Virus record (IMG/VR): IMGVR_UViG_3300044957_000763
Coordinates: 248,001-312,000 of that record
DNA: 64,000 nucleotides
Reading direction: 5' to 3' (one strand)
A program made the position numbers and the translations under genes. Shown one piece after another: positions 58,395 to 64,000 of the stretch; the first letter of the stretch is position 1; each line of letters begins with the position of its first letter. The notes below the pieces were generated by a model, which did not search any database, was not told the DNA's origin, and saw only the letters and a list, made by a program, of their open reading frames with translations.

Positions 58395-58625
58395 TTGTGT
58401 GGTAGCTTAAGGTTTCAATGTAGCAGCATGGCGCCAGATTCGTGCGTTATCTGCGCACAGTGCCATATGGTTTGGGAGATTAACGACAATGGTGAACTTG
58501 AAACCTGCCAATACCAATTTGACAACCAGCGCAAACAAGAAATTATTGACTCACTAGATGGTGTCAATTGTGCTTATGCGCCTAAGAAAAAATTACTGTC
58601 GATACTTGACATGATGCTAGAATAA
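58395..58625 (+). CDS. small Cys-rich protein with LSILDMML tail
   Basis: 76-aa ORF. Confidence 0.55.
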   Translation: MCGSLRFQCSSMAPDSCVICAQCHMVWEINDNGELETCQYQFDNQRKQEIIDSLDGVNCAYAPKKKLLSILDMMLE

Positions 58626-58694
58626 GCATGTAATTTACGCCATTTCAGCCATTCACCGAAAGGAACAGCCGCAATGATTTCATAAATCAAAAGT

Positions 58695-59402
58695 ATGAAT
58701 CTGCTCGGTTTATATCGGTCTCTTAAATCTGGGGGCAAGATTTCTAAGCGCGACGAACATTGGTTGATAGAAACCAATGGCGAAACTGTAAATGTCGACA
58801 GTTCTGTTGTCCAAAAAGCCATCGAACTAAACATGGTGCGCGAAAAACAAGACGGGCAAATCGTATTAAATGATAACATTGTGATAACATCGAATCAAGT
58901 TGATGTTAGCTATCTATATGACAAAGTACGACTGGCCGCAGTTATCAAAAGCCAGTTGATGAACAATGAATTTGATGAAGTGATTGAAGATTGTGTCCAT
59001 AGAGTCACAACCATACTCGATTGTCCTATCTCAATTATGACAATCATAGATGGCGAAGTTCAGTTCTTAAAAAGTAGTTACGGATTGACAGACTCCATCG
59101 AAGTCGCAAAAATTACACCACTGTCTGAAACCTTCTGCCAATTCACAGTCGCAAACAAAGGCGAATTTGTCGTTGAGAATTCACTAGAACATCCATTACT
59201 CAAGGACATTAATACACCAGGAATCCTGGCTTACATGGGGCACCCAATCAAATCTGACGGAGAAGTAGTCGGAACACTTTGCGCAATGGATAGACAGCCC
59301 CGCAAATGGACAGCACACGAACTAGCCACATTGAAAATTATTGCAAACATGGTCAATCTACACATCCAAGGAGTTCAAATTGACTGGCTTTCTGTTTTGT
59401 AA
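58695..59402 (+). CDS. stand-alone GAF-domain protein
   Basis: TFCQFTV, AYMGHPI, VGTLCAMDRQPRKW. Confidence 0.85.
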   Translation: MNLLGLYRSLKSGGKISKRDEHWLIETNGETVNVDSSVVQKAIELNMVREKQDGQIVLNDNIVITSNQVDVSYLYDKVRLAAVIKSQLMNNEFDEVIEDCVHRVTTILDCPISIMTIIDGEVQFLKSSYGLTDSIEVAKITPLSETFCQFTVANKGEFVVENSLEHPLLKDINTPGILAYMGHPIKSDGEVVGTLCAMDRQPRKWTAHELATLKIIANMVNLHIQGVQIDWLSVL

Positions 59403-59420
59403 ATCTGCTATACTTGAATC

Positions 59421-59837
59421 GTGTTTACATTCAAGTTCAAAGTAAACGAAGACAGGTCTGTGAAAATTTACGGACTTGAAACAGGAGCAGTGAAAGAACT
59501 CGCCGGCGCAGGACAAACATGGCGCATGTGGTCAGTGTCAGGACATGGCTATCAATCCGGCCGAGAATGGAAATATGGCCAGAGTAGCATCTGGATTGTT
59601 CAAGTGGATGGCGACAATATGCTTGCTGACATTGGGTTTGAACTCGGTCACAAATGGAAGGCTGGTCGCAAAATCATCGCACAAATCGTTGAACAACTCA
59701 ACCAAAACCCCGGAGCCAACCACCTGCCATATTTGATAGAACTGTCGAAAAAAGTCCGTGACTGGCATTGCGAACAACAAGAACTAACACCAATCCAAAG
59801 ACTGGAAAAAGCCATAAAAACAATCAAAAATGAATAA
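59421..59837 (+). CDS. hypothetical protein
   Basis: TGC-TATACT 6 nt before GTG. Confidence 0.65.
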   Translation: MFTFKFKVNEDRSVKIYGLETGAVKELAGAGQTWRMWSVSGHGYQSGREWKYGQSSIWIVQVDGDNMLADIGFELGHKWKAGRKIIAQIVEQLNQNPGANHLPYLIELSKKVRDWHCEQQELTPIQRLEKAIKTIKNE

Positions 59838-60093
59838 ATTGATATGCCACTGCAAATGCTATCTATTCTTTAGTGTCGAAGATGGAACAATTGTGGTGTG
59901 TAACAAATGTTTTTCACAATGGAAATGGCATGTCGGACAAAGACTTGTAGAAGTGCATTCAAGCGAAACAGATAGACTTTTTCTATCTGAAAAAAGACCA
60001 CCAACAACAACGCTCAAAGAGTATTACGCCAAAGACATCCAACCACTATCGGCGCAAAAAACATCGCTGCTTGACACGCTCTTCATGCTATAA
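59830..60093 (+). CDS. small Cys protein with TSLLDTLF tail
   Basis: 87-aa ORF. Confidence 0.6.
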   Translation: MNKLICHCKCYLFFSVEDGTIVVCNKCFSQWKWHVGQRLVEVHSSETDRLFLSEKRPPTTTLKEYYAKDIQPLSAQKTSLLDTLFML

Positions 60094-60100
60094 TAACAGC

Positions 60101-60322
60101 GTGAAAGCAAAATGCAAATGCACTAAGTTCTTCGACGGACCTTACCGAGATGAACAATGGCTAGTTGTGTGTATTAAATGCTTCACATTGTATCAGCTTA
60201 ATCCACAAACAGCGAAGCTGACACTAATTCAACCGCAACTCACTGAAAAAGAGCGCGTTGAATATGCTATTTGGGCGCAACAAGGCAAGAAAGCCAAGTC
60301 ATATCAAACTACAAGTGAATAG
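60101..60322 (+). CDS. small Cys protein
   Basis: TGC-TATAAT 6 nt before GTG. Confidence 0.55.
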   Translation: MKAKCKCTKFFDGPYRDEQWLVVCIKCFTLYQLNPQTAKLTLIQPQLTEKERVEYAIWAQQGKKAKSYQTTSE

Positions 60323-60324
60323 CG

Positions 60325-60621
60325 ATGAACAATAGATTCAATCAAACAGTGACGAACACACAACTTGAAACCTCAAAATCACTCATTAACATAATCGCAG
60401 AATTAGACTTATTAGTGCCAGTCGACGGAACGTGCATCGAGTGCGCAACAGGCAAGTATAGATTCCAATTCCATATGTCTGTAGTGGAAAAGTACGCAGG
60501 ACAAATTAGAGAACTTATGAGCGAATCACCGTGCTACTGCGGCGGCTACCTGTGGCTGGTGAGTATACCACCAAAACCCAACAAACTCGACAATATGATT
60601 GAGGAAAAAACACCATGTTAG
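60325..60621 (+). CDS. small Cys protein with PNKLDNMI tail
   Basis: 98-aa ORF. Confidence 0.55.
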   Translation: MNNRFNQTVTNTQLETSKSLINIIAELDLLVPVDGTCIECATGKYRFQFHMSVVEKYAGQIRELMSESPCYCGGYLWLVSIPPKPNKLDNMIEEKTPC

Positions 60622-60848
60622 ACAATCAGTGGAAACCAATAACAACAGCACCTAAAGACGGCAGCAGAATACTAGGAACCTCAAATAGCACACAAGTACA
60701 CTGCTACTATTTCCATCAAACAGATAAACAATGGTGGATTGATTACGCAGATGGACCAAGCTGGCAACCAACACACTGGATGAATGTGCCCGAATACTGC
60801 GAAACACCAAAAATCAGCTTGCTCGATGCAATATTCATGGTGGAATAA
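60615..60848 (+). CDS. DUF551-like small protein with SLLDAIF tail
   Basis: WKPITTAPKDG...PTHWM. Confidence 0.7.
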   Translation: MLDNQWKPITTAPKDGSRILGTSNSTQVHCYYFHQTDKQWWIDYADGPSWQPTHWMNVPEYCETPKISLLDAIFMVE

Positions 60849-60850
60849 CG

Positions 60851-61299
60851 TTGAGAACTACAGAAAAAACAATTATGTATGACGCATATCACGCATACCA
60901 ATATGCACTGGATGTAATCAAAGACCGATGGCTGGAGGCCGAACCTATCATAATGAAGGATGCTGAATACGCATACTTATACGCAAAAGAAGTAATCAAA
61001 GGACGATGGCCGGTAGCAGAACCAACTATCCAGCAGGATGCTGAATTTGCATACTACTACGCACAGAGAATCATCAAAGGACGCTTTCTGGCAGCCGAAC
61101 AAACCATCCTGCAGAATGCTGAATACATGCAACAATACACTGACCATTTCTTCCCATACACAAAAGTTGTCACAAAGAGAAAAATTAATGATGATTGGCT
61201 ATGGGAAAAAAGCGGCGCAATAGGATGCTTTGCACCAGAAGAATGTTCAAAATTAAAATCAGCATTCTAGATGCTATACTAGAAACAGAAGTATGTTGA
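60851..61299 (+). pseudogene. 26-aa-repeat protein, unit 1 (3 repeats), frameshifted near 61243
   Basis: one A missing relative to unit 2; correction restores ...ISILDAILETEVC*. Confidence 0.75.
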
Positions 61300-62048
61300 C
61301 AATTACAAAAGACACTACACCAAAAGAAGCATACTTATACGCAAAAGACGTCATCAAAGGACGTTGGCCGGAGGCCGAATCAATCATCCAGCAGGATGTA
61401 AAATACACATACTTATATGCACGATACCTAATCCCAGGACGTTGGCTGGAAGCCGAACCTATTATCCTGCAGGATGCTGAATATGCATGCTTGTACGCAG
61501 AATACGTCATCAAAGGTCGTTGGCCGGAGGCCGAACCAACCATCCTGCAGGATGCTGAAGAAGCATTCTACTACGCACGTAACGTCATCAAAGGACGTTG
61601 GCCAGAGGCCGAACAAACTATTCAGCAGAATGCATATTACGCATACTGCTACGCACGAGACGTAATCAAAGGTCGCTGGCCGGAGGCCGAACCAATCATC
61701 CAGCAGGATGCACAATACGCATACGAATACGCACGAGACGTAATCAAAGGTCGCTGGCCGGAGGTCGAACCTATTATCCTGCAGGATGCTGAATATGCAT
61801 GCTTGTACGCAGAATACGTAATCCAAGACCGTTGGCCGGAGGCCGAACCAACCATCCTGCAGAATGCTGAATACATGCGTCAATACATCGCCCATTTCTT
61901 CCCATACACAAAAGTTGTTACAAAAGAACAAATTAATGATGATTGGCTATGGAAAAAAAGCGGCGCAATAGGATGCTTCGCACCAGAAGAAATGTTCAAA
62001 ACAAAAACCAGCCTGCTAGATGCTATACTAGAAACAGAAGTATGTTGA
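61293..62048 (+). CDS. 26-aa-repeat protein, unit 2 (7 repeats)
   Basis: YAxxYAxxVIKGRWPEAEPxIxQDA repeats. Confidence 0.85.
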   Translation: MLTITKDTTPKEAYLYAKDVIKGRWPEAESIIQQDVKYTYLYARYLIPGRWLEAEPIILQDAEYACLYAEYVIKGRWPEAEPTILQDAEEAFYYARNVIKGRWPEAEQTIQQNAYYAYCYARDVIKGRWPEAEPIIQQDAQYAYEYARDVIKGRWPEVEPIILQDAEYACLYAEYVIQDRWPEAEPTILQNAEYMRQYIAHFFPYTKVVTKEQINDDWLWKKSGAIGCFAPEEMFKTKTSLLDAILETEVC

Positions 62049-62485
62049 CAATTACAAAAGACACTACACCAGAAGAAGCATACGCACACGCACTTAACGT
62101 AATCCAAGACCGCTGGCCGGAGGCCGAACCAATCATCCAACAAAACAGGGAGTATGCATACTACTACGCAAACGGCGTCATCAAAGGACGTTGGCCGGAA
62201 GCCGAACCAACTATCATGCAGAATTCAAAATACGCATTGTGTTACGCAACAGACGTAATCCAAGACCGTTGGCCGGAGGCCGAAGCAACCATCCAACAGG
62301 ATGCATATTATGCGCGGCACTACACTGAACATTTCTTCCCAGGAATAAAAGTTGTTACAAAACAACAAATTAACAATAATTGGTTATGGGAGAAAAATGG
62401 CGCAATAGGATTTTTTGCACCAAAAGAACTCTTCAAACCAACAACCAGCATTCTAGATACTATACTAGAAACAGAAGTATGTTGA
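62042..62485 (+). CDS. 26-aa-repeat protein, unit 3 (3 repeats)
   Basis: real start ATG 62042, overlapping the previous stop (ATGTTGA). Confidence 0.85.
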   Translation: MLTITKDTTPEEAYAHALNVIQDRWPEAEPIIQQNREYAYYYANGVIKGRWPEAEPTIMQNSKYALCYATDVIQDRWPEAEATIQQDAYYARHYTEHFFPGIKVVTKQQINNNWLWEKNGAIGFFAPKELFKPTTSILDTILETEVC

Positions 62486-63714
62486 CAATTACAGAAAACA
62501 CCACACCAAAAGAAGCATACTGCTACGCACGAGACGTCATCAAAGGACGCTGGCCAGAGGCCGAATACATCATCCAGCAGGATGTACAACACGCATACTT
62601 CTACGCACTTAACGTCATCAAAGGACGCTTTCTGGAAGCCGAACCAACTATCCAGCAGAATGCACAATACGCATACGAATACGCACGAGACGTAATCAAA
62701 GGCCGCTGGGAAGAAGCTGAACCAGCCATCCAGCAGTGTAACGAGTGTGCATGCGCCTACGCACACGATGTAATCCAAGCCCGCTTCTTAGCGGCCGAAC
62801 CAACTATTCAACAGTCTGCATATTACGCATACGAATACGCAAAAGACGTAATCAAAGACCGCTGGCCAGAAGCAGAACCAGCCATTCTGAAAAGTGCAAA
62901 ATATGCATACTTATACGCATATGAAATCCTTGAAAACCGCTGGCCGGAGGCCGAATCAATCATCCAGCAGGATGCTGAATATGCATGTTGTTACGCACGC
63001 AACCTAATCGAAGACCGATGGTTAGAAGCCGAACCAACCATCCAGCAGGATGCAAAAGAAGCATACTTATACGCATTTAACATCATCAAAAACCGTTGGC
63101 CGGAGGCCGAATCAACCATCCAGCAGGATGCAAAATACGCATGCTTATACGCAGAATACCTAATCCAAGACCGTTGGCCGGAGGCCGAACCTATCATCCA
63201 GCAGAATGCAAAATGCGCATACAAATATGCACTGAACGTAATCCAAGACCGATGGCCGGAGGCCGAACCAATCATCCAACAAAACAGGGAGTATGCATAC
63301 TACTACGCAAACGACGTCATCAAAGGACGTTGGCCGGAGGCCGAACACATCATTCAGCAGAATTCAAAATACGCATACTACTATGCACGAGACGTAATAC
63401 AAGACCGATGGCTGGAGGCCGAACCGACCATCCGAAAGAATGCATTTTACGCATACTGCTACGCACGAGACGTAATCAAAGACCGCTTCCTAGCAGCCGA
63501 ACTAACTATCCAGCAGAGCGCCGAATACACGCAACAATACACTGACTGCTTCTTCTCAGGAACAAAAGTTGTTACAAAACAACAAATTAACGATGATTGG
63601 CTATGGGAGAAAAAGGGCGCAATAGGATTTTTTGCACCAGAAGAAATGTTCAAAACAAAAACCAGCATTCTAGATGCTATACTCCAAGAAAGTCCGCAAT
63701 GGGCCAACATATAA
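62479..63714 (+). CDS. 26-aa-repeat protein, unit 4 (13 repeats)
   Basis: real start ATG 62479 with the same overlap. Confidence 0.85.
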   Translation: MLTITENTTPKEAYCYARDVIKGRWPEAEYIIQQDVQHAYFYALNVIKGRFLEAEPTIQQNAQYAYEYARDVIKGRWEEAEPAIQQCNECACAYAHDVIQARFLAAEPTIQQSAYYAYEYAKDVIKDRWPEAEPAILKSAKYAYLYAYEILENRWPEAESIIQQDAEYACCYARNLIEDRWLEAEPTIQQDAKEAYLYAFNIIKNRWPEAESTIQQDAKYACLYAEYLIQDRWPEAEPIIQQNAKCAYKYALNVIQDRWPEAEPIIQQNREYAYYYANDVIKGRWPEAEHIIQQNSKYAYYYARDVIQDRWLEAEPTIRKNAFYAYCYARDVIKDRFLAAELTIQQSAEYTQQYTDCFFSGTKVVTKQQINDDWLWEKKGAIGFFAPEEMFKTKTSILDAILQESPQWANI

Positions 63715-64000
63715 CCCTACCAAATACCAAACAACATACTCGATACAATAAACAGGTGAAGAAATGAGCGGAAATGCACTGCCAGAAGACTACGAAGAAC
63801 TATGGAGACAAGAAGAACTCAAATCAAAGAACAAGAAGGAAATCAAATGCGTGTGCGTCTGTGGAAGAGAAAGAATACTGGAAGTGGATAAAGACAACGA
63901 AGACCTGACACAAATCACAAATTACCCGTGCAAGTGCGGACTGTTTATGTGCGTGGTGGGAACAAAACCAGGACTCCATACACCAATAGACTTAATGTGG

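Larger units (their letters stand above)
60851..63714 (+). repeat. nested repeat array: 4 gene units containing 26 copies of a 78-bp repeat
   Basis: counted from the translations. Confidence 0.85.

Noticed and set aside
58395-60100. LD tails as a by-product of overlapping TTGACA -35 boxes
   Set aside because: Where CTTGACA occurs, its spacing to the next -10-like box is 6 or 12 nt, and many tails use codons that do not spell TTGACA.
60851-63714. Diversity-generating retroelement
   Set aside because: No reverse transcriptase or non-coding template in the window, and variation is not confined to adenine positions.
1-64000. Genome-wide TAG reassignment (code 15)
   Set aside because: Long conserved genes (argS, AAA protease, tnpB) are unbroken in code 11, several genes end in TAG, and no CTA-anticodon tRNA was found; feoA is an isolated case.
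63764-64000. Cys-rich ORF at the window end, possibly frameshifted
   Set aside because: Runs to the window boundary; the reading frame cannot be resolved.

Overview
A gene-dense accessory segment of a large (jumbo-type) tailed dsDNA bacteriophage genome in the standard genetic code. No terminase, portal or polymerase is present in the window. It carries an amidase endolysin; translation-support genes (ArgRS, a catalytic-core-only HisRS, three tRNA-Gln genes, an RNA ligase, TrmH, Map); nucleotide/NAD/alarmone enzymes (Nudix, NadD, two HD proteins, MazG-like, NADAR, two NDT-like, a metallophosphoesterase, a P-loop+CYTH fusion); membrane genes (ZIP, K+ channel, an interrupted feoA, an OmpA-fused ABC operon); a soluble AAA+/M41 protease; two tnpB elements; two homing-type endonucleases; and four tandem 26-aa-repeat genes at the right end. 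Highlights beyond the ORF track: (1) a shared C-terminal S-x-L-D-x-L/I-L/F peptide on about a dozen genes, most of them unrelated, resembling the T4 clamp-binding motif; (2) a 34-codon ORF with five consecutive Gln codons directly upstream of three tRNA-Gln genes, one with a long variable arm; (3) pervasive leaderless extended -10 promoters; (4) reconstructable empty sites for both tnpB elements. Function calls come from motif recognition only; no searches were run.
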